A stretch of 64,000 nucleotides of DNA, from the IMG/VR virus record IMGVR_UViG_3300036715_000153, positions 64,001-128,000 of that record; one strand, given 5' to 3'. Positions 30,342 through 39,299 of the stretch are shown piece by piece. Origin of the DNA: a virus. The notes under the pieces are model-generated. The model saw only the letters and a list, made by a program, of their open reading frames with translations, did not search any database and was not told the origin of the DNA. Numbering within the stretch: the first letter of the stretch is position 1; every line of letters starts with the position of its first letter. Both the position numbers and the translations under genes were made by a program.

Positions 30342-30752
30342 TTATCTAGAACGTTCTATTGCTATTTCCAGTCTAACTGGATTTGACGTGTTTATGATAG
30401 TAAACACAATATTAACCAAGGCTTCGTAATCATCATTATTAATACTTACGTCAATACTGTTAATGATTACCCTAGGTTCATATATAGATATGATATCGGA
30501 TAAGTTTCGTTTTAGGATAGCACCGGTCAAAATATCTACATTTTCAAATAACAGTCGTCTGACGTTAGATGCGATATCTGGATGAAATGGTTTATCACCG
30601 GTATTGAATTGAATTAGATTTCTAAGAGACTGTTTGACAGCATTTTCATCAGTCTTGAGTACTAAGTCTCCTTTACCAGAAGCAAGCACTTGTCCTGGAT
30701 GAGGTTTCATAGAAATATCTAAATCAGAGTATTTATTAGCACGAGTAGTCAT
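30342..30752 (-). CDS. gp25: Baseplate wedge subunit
   Basis: YSDLD, AVKQSLRNL, KPFHP, YEPRV. Confidence 0.92.
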   Translation of the reverse strand: MTTRANKYSDLDISMKPHPGQVLASGKGDLVLKTDENAVKQSLRNLIQFNTGDKPFHPDIASNVRRLLFENVDILTGAILKRNLSDIISIYEPRVIINSIDVSINNDDYEALVNIVFTIINTSNPVRLEIAIERSR

Positions 30753-30819
30753 ACTAATAATTTAGTTGGCATAGATACATAGCATTGGGCGGCAGCCGTA
30801 TGTACTTACCTATCTATAG

Positions 30820-30858
30820 ATTATTACACCTTTTTTTTCGCTTGTCAACCTATTTATT
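30820..30858 (-). promoter_or_regulatory. Sigma70-like promoter
   Basis: AAATAGG-TTGACA-17 nt-AATAAT; same upstream context as the promoter at 49.8 kb. Confidence 0.45.
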
Positions 30859-30862
30859 TCAA

Positions 30863-31327
30863 TTATAATTTTAACATACACAATTCTTTGAACAGTTCAG
30901 GGGTTTTATTAAACCAACTCCGCATTATCTTAGCTCTAATGTTACCGTTGTAGCAGTTTTCATTAAACAGTGCTCCTGTAACGAACAAGATATGTTCTTC
31001 ACTATAAGACAGAGATGCCTTAGTGCTACAGAACATAAGTATCTCACGCTTAAACATATCCTTGCCAAGACGTTCTATCTCAGATTGCAAATAAGGTGAG
31101 GACGACCAATATTCTTCCCAATCCGAAGTTTTCCTTAGTTTCTTCTTTTTACCATTAACCATCTTAGTTGCGGCTTTGGTCAACATCTTCTTACCATAGT
31201 AGAACTTACCATTATCGACGTTCGTTATCTTATAGACAAACCCTAGAGCACCTTCAGGTATATCATCTTGTGTTATTATTTTATCTTCGAACATCCAGTT
31301 TGACATTTTACACTCGACCCTGTACAA
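30863..31327 (-). CDS. GIY-YIG-family (Seg-like) endonuclease domain protein
   Basis: GFVYKITN...YYGKK, SDWEEYWSSS, FKREIL, YNGNI; likely start MSNWMFE. Confidence 0.75.
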   Translation of the reverse strand: MYRVECKMSNWMFEDKIITQDDIPEGALGFVYKITNVDNGKFYYGKKMLTKAATKMVNGKKKKLRKTSDWEEYWSSSPYLQSEIERLGKDMFKREILMFCSTKASLSYSEEHILFVTGALFNENCYNGNIRAKIMRSWFNKTPELFKELCMLKL

Positions 31328-31359
31328 TTAACTAAATCAACATCCAGAACACATATTTA

Positions 31360-31391
31360 AACAGGTGCATAAAACGTAACATGCAGTTGAC
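31360..31391 (+). mobile_element. Collapsed solo IS605-type end
   Basis: aacaGGTGCATAAAACGTAACA-t-GCAGTTGAC: left leader and right tail, with the hairpin interior deleted. Confidence 0.8.
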
Positions 31392-31423
31392 GTGATGTAA
31401 CTATTAACAGAGAAGAGTAAACC

Positions 31424-31729
31424 ATGAAAGAAAAATTGATTTCAGTATTAAAAGAAGTTCGTTCACTACATAGGGAAGCGAATAATTATTTGGACAAAGT
31501 ACCGAATGATCTTCAGATGTACATCATGGATAATACGTATTCTAATGCAATTAGTATAATCAATGATCGTCTACTCCACGCATTGTTTGGTAATATGTAT
31601 GAAGATGTATCTTGGTTTTTGTTTGAATTTAAACCAAAAGACACCCCTCAAATTTGGCTGGCAGACAATACTCCCATCACCTTAACTTGTGATGAAGACT
31701 ACTATCAATATCTTAGGGACCACGGATGA
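31424..31729 (+). CDS. Hypothetical protein
   Basis: 101-aa ORF with purine-rich RBS. Confidence 0.65.
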   Translation: MKEKLISVLKEVRSLHREANNYLDKVPNDLQMYIMDNTYSNAISIINDRLLHALFGNMYEDVSWFLFEFKPKDTPQIWLADNTPITLTCDEDYYQYLRDHG

Positions 31730-31905
31730 TCAGACCTACCGCAACAGTATCAAAAGAACTAAACCAAGATACATATTTGACTGAGTTTAGAATTTCATGT
31801 ATTATCAATGAAGATAGCTTGATTGCAGAATCATACGTAAAGACACAGGATGAAATTGCTCTTGAGTTGGGGCATCTAATATTAAAGGCAACGGGGAATG
31901 TATGA
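31726..31905 (+). CDS. Hypothetical protein (59 aa)
   Basis: MIRPTATVSKEL...KATGNV*; ATGA overlaps at both ends. Confidence 0.55.
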   Translation: MIRPTATVSKELNQDTYLTEFRISCIINEDSLIAESYVKTQDEIALELGHLILKATGNV

Positions 31906-32603
31906 TTAAAATTGAAGGAAGAAATGGGTACAACGTTTTAGACCACGGCATGGTAGCACTCGTTGAAAGTATGGGTAGTGATCTGTCAATTGTGCGAAAT
32001 GCACGAGTGTCCTATGATGCCGAATGGCGTACAGGTGAAGATGATGGTAAAGATGCAAAACTTATCAATTATCTAGTTAAAAATAATCACACATCACCAT
32101 TGGAAGCTGTGCAGTTTACGTTCGAAGTAAAGGCTCCTATATTTGTGTTCAGACAGTGGCATCGTCATCGCACTTGGTCATTTAATGAGATTAGCGCAAG
32201 ATACTCTGAGTTGCCAGCAGAATTTTATATTCCAGATTTGAATCAGATTACGAGCCAACATTCTAGTAACAAGCAGATGCGTACTACCGATCAACATGAG
32301 CACGCAGAAATTTGGCAGAAGATTATGCGAGATAGCAACGCTGTGTCGTTTAGCCATTATCGCGGTATGATTGCTGATGGTGTTCCTCGTGAGCTTGCCA
32401 GGACAGTGCTACCTGTTGCTACGTACAGTAAAATGTTCGCAACTGTAGACTTATCTAATCTTATGAAATTTGTTTCACTGCGTAGCCATGATCATTCACA
32501 GTATGAAATTCGTGTGTACTCGGATGCTATGCTTAAAATTGCTAAAGAAGTTTGTCCAATTGCTGTCGCGGCATTCGAAGAAAAGTTTGGGGTCAAATCA
32601 TGA
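31902..32603 (+). CDS. thyX: Flavin-dependent thymidylate synthase
   Basis: HTSPLE, RQWHRHRTWSFNEISARY, RELARTVLP. Confidence 0.97.
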   Translation: MIKIEGRNGYNVLDHGMVALVESMGSDLSIVRNARVSYDAEWRTGEDDGKDAKLINYLVKNNHTSPLEAVQFTFEVKAPIFVFRQWHRHRTWSFNEISARYSELPAEFYIPDLNQITSQHSSNKQMRTTDQHEHAEIWQKIMRDSNAVSFSHYRGMIADGVPRELARTVLPVATYSKMFATVDLSNLMKFVSLRSHDHSQYEIRVYSDAMLKIAKEVCPIAVAAFEEKFGVKS

Positions 32604-32815
32604 CATCTTACAAATTAGTCGATGCAACAAAATCGGTAGAAAAAGAAAGCAACGGAGAACAATACCATATCAATTGTTATGATGATTTGAAACCGTACTA
32701 CGCTTACATCGTTGGTAAGCACGGACATGACGCAGGACAAAAGATGTTGAAGAACGTGTTCAATGGTGAAAAAGTAATGAGTGAGTTGGTTGAGCGAACC
32801 CAAAGAGGATATTAA
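32600..32815 (+). CDS. Hypothetical protein
   Basis: Likely start MTSYKLVD, ATGA overlap with thyX. Confidence 0.55.
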   Translation: MTSYKLVDATKSVEKESNGEQYHINCYDDLKPYYAYIVGKHGHDAGQKMLKNVFNGEKVMSELVERTQRGY

Positions 32816-33475
32816 ATGGTAGCAGTTAAGGATGTTAAAAAAGATATGAACAAAAATCATCTAGAAACAATGTTGAAAATGCAAGACAATTTCAACAAGG
32901 TAGTAAACCCAGATTGGCGTACTGCCGGTTATCGCTGGGATGATTGTATTATGATGGAAGCAGCCGAGCTATTTGACCACTATGGTTATAAACATTGGAA
33001 GAAACAAACTCCAGACCTAGATCAATGTAGGATGGAACTCGTTGATATTTGGCATTTTATTATGTCCAGTGTGTTAGAGCATAATAAGAATATTGAAGAT
33101 GCAATATATGAAATCAAATTTGCATACGGTTATTGGGTAACACGCGAAAACCATATCACCGACACAAAAGAAAACATTCGCGGCTTGATTAGAAATGCGG
33201 CTACTGGCAAAATTGATTTCAATGCGTTCTTTGCCCTACTTAATGCGTTTGATATGGATACCGACGATCTGTTCAAGCGGTATCTTGGTAAGAATGCTTT
33301 AAATGGCTTTAGACAATCAAAAAATTATAAATCTGGTGAATATATCAAAGACTGGAATGGTCGCGAAGACAATGAGGTTCTGACTGAGATCCTTAATAAG
33401 TTGGATGTAAATTCTACAACATTCGTATCTGATGTATATGCTGAACTGGAGAGAGAATATGCAGAGGTATGCTAA
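32816..33475 (+). CDS. dut: Dimeric (all-alpha) dUTPase
   Basis: EAAEL, YKHWKK, ELVDIWHF, KNALNGFRQ, WNGREDNEVL. Confidence 0.9.
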   Translation: MVAVKDVKKDMNKNHLETMLKMQDNFNKVVNPDWRTAGYRWDDCIMMEAAELFDHYGYKHWKKQTPDLDQCRMELVDIWHFIMSSVLEHNKNIEDAIYEIKFAYGYWVTRENHITDTKENIRGLIRNAATGKIDFNAFFALLNAFDMDTDDLFKRYLGKNALNGFRQSKNYKSGEYIKDWNGREDNEVLTEILNKLDVNSTTFVSDVYAELEREYAEVC

Positions 33476-33636
33476 TGTCTAAATCATATACAGTCGAAGT
33501 TCAGATCGACGATGTCGGTGAATATTTTATCGAGATACCAGACGACATATTAAATGCACTTGAGCTAGACATTGGTGATACAGTAGAATGGACCGATATA
33601 GGCGGCGGATGTTTCGCGCTAAAAAAGGTCCTATAA
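33475..33636 (+). CDS. AbrB/MazE/SpoVT-like small DNA-binding protein
   Basis: MSKSYTVEVQIDDVGEYFIEIPDDILNALELDIGDTVEW. Confidence 0.7.
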   Translation: MSKSYTVEVQIDDVGEYFIEIPDDILNALELDIGDTVEWTDIGGGCFALKKVL

Positions 33637-33672
33637 ATTCATTCACAAAACATTAATAATTAGAAAAGCGAT

Positions 33673-34665
33673 ATGTCAAAAAAGCCACACGTACTTCAAG
33701 TCCCACCAAGTGCAGTAGTAGAATATTATAAAGAGCCGGTTGAATTTGCAGACGAGCAACAAAAGGTATTTTGGTTGCCGGATGAAATTAAGGTCGAGAA
33801 GGATGTTCAAGACATCCTGATTAATATGACGCCATCTGAGAAGCATGGTGTGATGACAGTGTTAAAGTTGTTTACTTTATATGAGTTGAAAGCTGGTTCT
33901 GACTATTGGAACGGCAAGTTTGTAAAGATATTCAAGCGTCCAGAGTTTCGTAGAATGGCTGCAGTGTTCTGTTCATTTGAACTGGGAGTACATGCTCCTT
34001 TCTACCGTAAACTTAATAAAGAACTTCACGTAGACAATGACGAGTTTTACCTAGAGTACGCCGATGACCCAATTCTTAAAGAGCGCATGGAGTTCATCGA
34101 CGATGTTGTTTCATCTAAAAATGATCTTTACTCGCTCGCAGCATTCTCTATGGTTGAAGGTGCAATTTTATATTCATCATTTGCCTTTCTGAAACATTTC
34201 CAAAGTCAGGGCAAGAATAAACTTCTAAACGTAGTTCGAGGAATTAACTTCTCGGTACGCGATGAAAACATACATTCGATTGCTGGGGCATGGTGTTTTA
34301 AGACACTCAAAGATCAACTTGAACTAACTGTAGAGGAAGAAGAAAATCTTCGAACCGTAGTGTATGAAACTGCTATGAAGATACACGAACACGAATCTCA
34401 CATTGTCAAGAAGATATTTGAGGTCGGTCTGATCGATGGTATTACTTCAACACAGCTACAACATTTTGTAGACTCTCGCATTAACGTATGCATGGAACAA
34501 CTTGGATATAGCAAAGTGTTTGATGTAAAATATAATCCAGTCGGCGAATGGTTTTATCAGGGAATTAATAACTATCAGTTCTTGGATTTCTTCTCAGGAA
34601 TGGGATCCAACTATAACCGCAACTGGAACGAAGACGAGTTCGAATTTAAAGAGTACACAAAATGA
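33673..34665 (+). CDS. nrdB: Ribonucleotide reductase class I, beta subunit
   Basis: FWLPDEI, ELGVHAPFY, VEG, RDENIH, DFF. Confidence 0.95.
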   Translation: MSKKPHVLQVPPSAVVEYYKEPVEFADEQQKVFWLPDEIKVEKDVQDILINMTPSEKHGVMTVLKLFTLYELKAGSDYWNGKFVKIFKRPEFRRMAAVFCSFELGVHAPFYRKLNKELHVDNDEFYLEYADDPILKERMEFIDDVVSSKNDLYSLAAFSMVEGAILYSSFAFLKHFQSQGKNKLLNVVRGINFSVRDENIHSIAGAWCFKTLKDQLELTVEEEENLRTVVYETAMKIHEHESHIVKKIFEVGLIDGITSTQLQHFVDSRINVCMEQLGYSKVFDVKYNPVGEWFYQGINNYQFLDFFSGMGSNYNRNWNEDEFEFKEYTK

Positions 34666-36371
34666 CAAAAGAAAATCAATACAAAGTTTATAAAGACATT
34701 CGTACTCAACATCAGGCAGCTGGTATGATGCCGATGCACTATACTACGGCTGCTGTGCAGATGTTCTGGCAGAAGTATCTATACGAGGCATCGAGTGTTA
34801 AAGAACAGTTTGAGCGTATTGCAAAAACAGCAGCTAAACATTTACCTGAAGATATACAAAGTAAAGCATACACAAAGTTCTTTGATATGTTATGGAATGG
34901 TTGGTTGAGTCCATCTACGCCTGTTCTAGCTAATATGGGTACTACTCGTGGACTTCCTGTGTCCTGCGCAGGTGGAGCAATTCGGGATAGCATTCACGGT
35001 TTTTATTCACATCAACTCGAAACTGCTGTACTGACTAAACATGGGTTCGGTACATCTGGTTATATGGGCGATATTCGTCCACGTGGCAGTAAGATCGGTG
35101 TAGGTGGTACAGCATCTGGTGTAATTCCTGTATTCACTACACTTGTTCAAACAATGCGCAATGTTGCTCAGGGTACAGCAAGACGCGGTGCGTGGGCCGG
35201 CTATCTACCAATTGATCATGGTGACTTTGATGAGCTATGCGATTATGTTCAAGCTAATCCAGATGATGCTAACGTTGGCTGGGTAATCTACGATGAATAT
35301 ATTGCAAAGTTAGAAGCCCAAGACCCAGAAGCAGTTCGTAGATTCAAAAAAGCTATGAAGATGAAGATGGTTACAGGTAAAGGATACTTCTTCTTCCATG
35401 GTAACGTGAATCGTCAAAGTCCACAGATGTATAAAGACTTAGGTTTAACAGTTAAGGCGTCTAACCTCTGTGCAGAAATCGATCTCTTCTCCGGTGAATA
35501 TAAAGGCGAAGATCATACATTCACGTGCGTTCTGTCATCATTGAATGTGGCTAAGTATGACGAATGGAAAGATACGGATACAATATTCTGGGCTACGGTA
35601 TTTCTCGATTGCGTTGCATCAGAGTTTATTGAACGCGGAAAGAATATTAAAGGTATCGAATCTGCTATTCGTGCGACTGAAAAAGGTCGTGCACTAGGTT
35701 TAGGTGTTTGTGGGTTCCATACGTACTTACAGTCAAAGATGATTCCGTTCGAATCATTAGATGCTCAGTTCTTCAACACAAGACTATTCAAAAATATCAA
35801 AGACGAAAGTACACGTGCATCTGGATGGTTAGCGGAATTACTAGGTGAACCAGAATGGTGTAAAGGTTATGGTGTTCGTAATACACATCGTATTGCTGTT
35901 GCACCGACAAAATCGAGTGCTATCTTCATGGGCAACGTATCCGAAGGTATTAATCCAGATCCAGCAATGACGATGACTCAGCTAACTGCTGCGGGTGAAA
36001 TTGAGAAGATCAATAGTGAACTGGTCAAGTTAATGAAGTTGAAGGAAGTATATTCCAAAAAGAATATTCAAGAAGTTATTGATGCTGACGGATCAGTTCA
36101 GGGAGTTGATTGGCTAACACCAGAAGAGAAAGAAGTATTCAAGACCGCATTCGAGATTAATCCTGAGGTGATTATACGTCTGGGTAGCCAACGTCAAGTA
36201 TTCATTGACCAAGGCCAAAGTTTGAATTTATTTTTCGATGCAAACGAAGATGCCGCCTGGATTGCTCATATCCACCGCCTAGCATTCTTGGATAAGAACC
36301 TAAAGAGTTTATATTACATCTATTCTAAAGCCGGTGTAAAGGGATCTAAGGACTGCGTAGCATGTTCGTGA
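34662..36371 (+). CDS. nrdA: Ribonucleotide reductase class I, alpha subunit (no ATP cone)
   Basis: SPSTPVLAN, PVSC, SNLCAEI, APTKSS, SLYY, C-terminal CVAC. Confidence 0.96.
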   Translation: MTKENQYKVYKDIRTQHQAAGMMPMHYTTAAVQMFWQKYLYEASSVKEQFERIAKTAAKHLPEDIQSKAYTKFFDMLWNGWLSPSTPVLANMGTTRGLPVSCAGGAIRDSIHGFYSHQLETAVLTKHGFGTSGYMGDIRPRGSKIGVGGTASGVIPVFTTLVQTMRNVAQGTARRGAWAGYLPIDHGDFDELCDYVQANPDDANVGWVIYDEYIAKLEAQDPEAVRRFKKAMKMKMVTGKGYFFFHGNVNRQSPQMYKDLGLTVKASNLCAEIDLFSGEYKGEDHTFTCVLSSLNVAKYDEWKDTDTIFWATVFLDCVASEFIERGKNIKGIESAIRATEKGRALGLGVCGFHTYLQSKMIPFESLDAQFFNTRLFKNIKDESTRASGWLAELLGEPEWCKGYGVRNTHRIAVAPTKSSAIFMGNVSEGINPDPAMTMTQLTAAGEIEKINSELVKLMKLKEVYSKKNIQEVIDADGSVQGVDWLTPEEKEVFKTAFEINPEVIIRLGSQRQVFIDQGQSLNLFFDANEDAAWIAHIHRLAFLDKNLKSLYYIYSKAGVKGSKDCVACS

Positions 36372-36454
36372 TCGACATTATTTCAAAGTTTGCGTTAATT
36401 GCTTTGGCAGTTATCGCCGACGTTGTGTTAATCGCGAATGCGATACATCACTGG

Positions 36455-36483
36455 TAGACAAACCAGTATATGTGTTGTATAAT
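36455..36483 (+). promoter_or_regulatory. Sigma70-like promoter upstream of gp33
   Basis: TAGACA-17 nt-TATAAT. Confidence 0.55.
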
Positions 36484-36490
36484 ATACTTA

Positions 36491-36527
36491 GTAACAGCTA
36501 AAGACTGTTACTTTTTATGCACCTGTT
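36491..36527 (-). mobile_element. Solo IS605-type end, minus orientation
   Basis: Minus strand TTAAT|aacaGGTGCATAAAAAGTAACAGTCTTTAGCTGTTAC; right tail lost. Confidence 0.82.
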
Positions 36528-36551
36528 ATTAAACAATAAGACGCGACCAAT

Positions 36552-36800
36552 ATGACCGAAGACACCCAATTTGTATTAGAGCCTGAAGACTTTTCCCTAC
36601 AAATAGAACTATACTTAAAGAAGAACCGTTGCGACGGTTACGTATCTGCAATTCTTAAATACTGTACCGAATACTGTATAGACATCGAAGATGTTGTTAC
36701 GTTGATCCCGCCCACGCTTAAGGCAAAGTTAGCAGAAGAGGCTAATGAGTACGGTGTTCTGATTAAAGATTTATCTATCCCTATGATGAGGATCGAATAG
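36552..36800 (+). CDS. gp33: Late transcription coactivator
   Basis: FSLQIE, YVSAILKYC, IPPTLKAKLAEEA; in gp33-59-32 order. Confidence 0.85.
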   Translation: MTEDTQFVLEPEDFSLQIELYLKKNRCDGYVSAILKYCTEYCIDIEDVVTLIPPTLKAKLAEEANEYGVLIKDLSIPMMRIE

Positions 36801-37391
36801 TTGCAAGAAGTTTCGTTAGAAAGAGTCATACAGCTTTTCAACATTATTCGGCTATACTACCAAGGAAAATATGACTGGGTAAAGTATAACGGACACTCCA
36901 AGTCTTATCCTAAAATGGATATACAAAAGAACGCAATTGCTCGTAAGTTAATATCTGAGTTTAAAACAGAGGAAGAGATCATACGGCATTTTGCCATATC
37001 TCTATTTTACGACAAGGGCTGTTACTTAGATACGATCGCAAAGCCAGACACGATTAGTCAAAGTAAGGGATATTTAACAGCATTGACAGATGTAAGTCGA
37101 TGTGTTAATATTGTAGTTCAGTTAGACATCCCAAGTGTAATTAAAGAGCACGATGGATACGCCGCAGATATACTGTTGGCACTAATTGGTAATAGGCTAA
37201 ACCCAGTTGCGTTTGCTTTACTAGAATCCTCGACATCTATGTCGAGACAGTGGACTAATGCTGTATGGGAATTAAACAAACACAAGGTAAATTGCTTAGT
37301 AACGTTAATGCAGATACCGACATCATTTGGTAGTGAGTTTAGACGTGAGTTTAGACAACAACTAAATACAACTGCTAGCATCGTTAAGTAG
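36801..37391 (+). CDS. gp59: Helicase loader
   Basis: YDWVKYNG motif; between gp33 and gp32. Confidence 0.7.
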   Translation: MQEVSLERVIQLFNIIRLYYQGKYDWVKYNGHSKSYPKMDIQKNAIARKLISEFKTEEEIIRHFAISLFYDKGCYLDTIAKPDTISQSKGYLTALTDVSRCVNIVVQLDIPSVIKEHDGYAADILLALIGNRLNPVAFALLESSTSMSRQWTNAVWELNKHKVNCLVTLMQIPTSFGSEFRREFRQQLNTTASIVK

Positions 37392-37435
37392 ACGACTAGC
37401 ATACAACAGCGCAACATCACATAAAGGAAAACAAA

Positions 37436-38350
37436 ATGATTAATATGTCCGCATTGAAAAAGTCTTCTTCTAAAGACTTACTCGCAAAACTCCAATCCAA
37501 AGTAGAAACATCAGACACCAAGAAAACGTTTGAAAAAGATACACGCATGTGGCAACCTGCTACAGACTCAGCGGGTAATGGCTCCGCTGTAATTCGTTTC
37601 TTACCAGCAGTAAGCGAAGACGACACTCCGTATGTTAAGTCTTACTCCCATGGCTTCAAGGTAGGTAGTAAGTGGTTCATCGAGAACTGTCCATCGACAT
37701 TAGGTATTAAAGACGGATGCCCAGTATGTTCTGCAAATTCTGAACTATGGAACTCCGGTCTAGAATCTGATAAAAAGATTGCAGGTGAGCGTAAACGTAA
37801 ACTGTCATTCTACTCCAACGTACTCGTTATTAAAGATCCAGCAAATCCCGAAAACGAAGGTCAGGTTCGTATTTATCGTTACGGTCAGAAGATCTTCGAC
37901 AAGATTAAAGAAGCAATCAAAGGCGATGAAGATATGGAAGTAGGCGCTATCGATCCGTTTAACTTCTTCGATGGTGCGAACTTTGTTATTAAGATTGCTC
38001 AAGTTGCCGGGTTCAAGAACTACGATAAGAGTAAGTTTGCATCTAAGACAGAACTGTATGATGGCGATGAAGATAAACTGCGTGCTATTTTAGAAAAGTT
38101 ACACGACATCAACTCTTTCGCAGACCCTAAGTTGTTTAAGTCATCAGACGAACTACAGAAGAAGTTTGATCTTGTGCTGGGTGCAAGTACAAGCAAAGGT
38201 TCGATGAGCGTAGCTGATTCATCCGAAGAGTTCGAACAGGTACAAAAGTCTAAACCAGCAACAGAGCGAGCAGCACCTGCTAAACCTGCTGCTGTTGTAG
38301 AAGATGAAGAAGACGATATGGCGTTCTTCAAAGCACTCGCTAACGGTTAA
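37436..38350 (+). CDS. gp32: Single-stranded DNA-binding protein
   Basis: GNGSAVIRFLP, WFIENC, CPVC, NYDKSKF, acidic tail. Confidence 0.97.
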   Translation: MINMSALKKSSSKDLLAKLQSKVETSDTKKTFEKDTRMWQPATDSAGNGSAVIRFLPAVSEDDTPYVKSYSHGFKVGSKWFIENCPSTLGIKDGCPVCSANSELWNSGLESDKKIAGERKRKLSFYSNVLVIKDPANPENEGQVRIYRYGQKIFDKIKEAIKGDEDMEVGAIDPFNFFDGANFVIKIAQVAGFKNYDKSKFASKTELYDGDEDKLRAILEKLHDINSFADPKLFKSSDELQKKFDLVLGASTSKGSMSVADSSEEFEQVQKSKPATERAAPAKPAAVVEDEEDDMAFFKALANG

Positions 38351-38366
38351 TATTAAGGAGACTATA

Positions 38367-39089
38367 ATGGCATTACCCCGTATAGATCTCCCGACATATA
38401 AGATTACGCTGCCTGTATCAAAGACAGACGTAGTCTTCCGGGCATACACTGCCAGAGAAGAAAAGATATTGTTGATTGCTAAAGAAGCCGGTGATGTCGA
38501 CCAGATTCCTCAGGCAATTAAACAAATTATATCTAACTGTTCTGGCATCGAAGACCCAGATATGTTGTGTGAGGCTGACAGAGATTATATCTTAGTTCAA
38601 CTTAGATCGAAAGTAGTAGGAAACATAGAAACGCTGCGATATGTTTGTAAAGCAGACGTAGATGGTGCACCGTGTAACTCTTCGTTAGAGGTCGACGTAA
38701 ACTTAAACGACATTAAGGTACATCAAGAAATTACAAGCGATATCATTCCCCTAACAAAATCGATCGGTGTCAGATTTAAAGTACCGACGTTGAAGTTAGA
38801 GAACTTAATCTCGAGTAAGAACTTTACACATGAGATTGATAAAATTCATGCTAGGATGTACGGGTCTTTAGTATCTATCTATGACGAAAATACAGTTACC
38901 GATGTTCAGGACATTCCGTATCTAGATTTTGAAGATTGGTTGTTAGACTTACCATCGCATCAGTATGAGATGATTACAAAATATTTCGACAACGTTCCGT
39001 ATATCTCACATACAGTAGAAACGACATGTAGTAAGTGTAAGACTGTACATAAGTTGACTCTACGCGGAATAGACGATTTTTTTCGCTAA
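38367..39089 (+). CDS. gp26: Baseplate hub/tail assembly chaperone
   Basis: AAGGAG RBS; MALPRIDLPTY, REEKILLIA, LRSKVVG, C-terminal GIDDFF. Confidence 0.85.
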   Translation: MALPRIDLPTYKITLPVSKTDVVFRAYTAREEKILLIAKEAGDVDQIPQAIKQIISNCSGIEDPDMLCEADRDYILVQLRSKVVGNIETLRYVCKADVDGAPCNSSLEVDVNLNDIKVHQEITSDIIPLTKSIGVRFKVPTLKLENLISSKNFTHEIDKIHARMYGSLVSIYDENTVTDVQDIPYLDFEDWLLDLPSHQYEMITKYFDNVPYISHTVETTCSKCKTVHKLTLRGIDDFFR

Positions 39090-39250
39090 TCACTTCAAGT
39101 AGATCATTACTAGAATACTATAAGATTAACTTTCAATTAGGATTCACTCATAGTGCTGATCTAGAATATTTAGATAACTGTTTACCTTTTGAGCGTGATA
39201 TGTATGTTAAAATGCTCATTGATAAGATAGAAAAAGAGAATAGCAAGTGA
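39077..39250 (+). CDS. gp51: gp51-like segment, probably reached by -1 frameshift from gp26
   Basis: FSLITSSRSLLEYYKINFQL...LDNCLPFERDMYV in the -1 frame after T TTT TTT; no start codon before the conserved part. Confidence 0.7.
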   Translation, partial: FFSLITSSRSLLEYYKINFQLGFTHSADLEYLDNCLPFERDMYVKMLIDKIEKENSK

Positions 39251-39261
39251 TGAACTAAATT

Positions 39262-39285
39262 AAAGGGACAGCATGTCCCTTTTTT
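39262..39285 (+). terminator. Rho-independent terminator directly after a late promoter motif
   Basis: AAAGGGACA-GCA-TGTCCCTTTTTT, preceded by ACTAAATT (39254-39261). Confidence 0.7.
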
Positions 39286-39299
39286 GTGAGTATAATATA

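Noticed and set aside
30863-31327. GIY-YIG ORF as the homing endonuclease serving the split inteins
   Set aside because: Far from both inteins, and a short single-domain type common in T4-like phages; no evidence of linkage.
33475-33636. Toxin-antitoxin module around the AbrB/MazE-like gene
   Set aside because: No adjacent toxin; the neighbours are dUTPase and nrdB.
38304-39299. ORF-track starts at 38304 (gp26) and 39273 (tape measure), and likewise 62509 (ClpP)
   Set aside because: Better-supported starts lie at 38367 and 62425 (clear RBS) and 39300; the longer versions overlap upstream genes or start inside a terminator stem.
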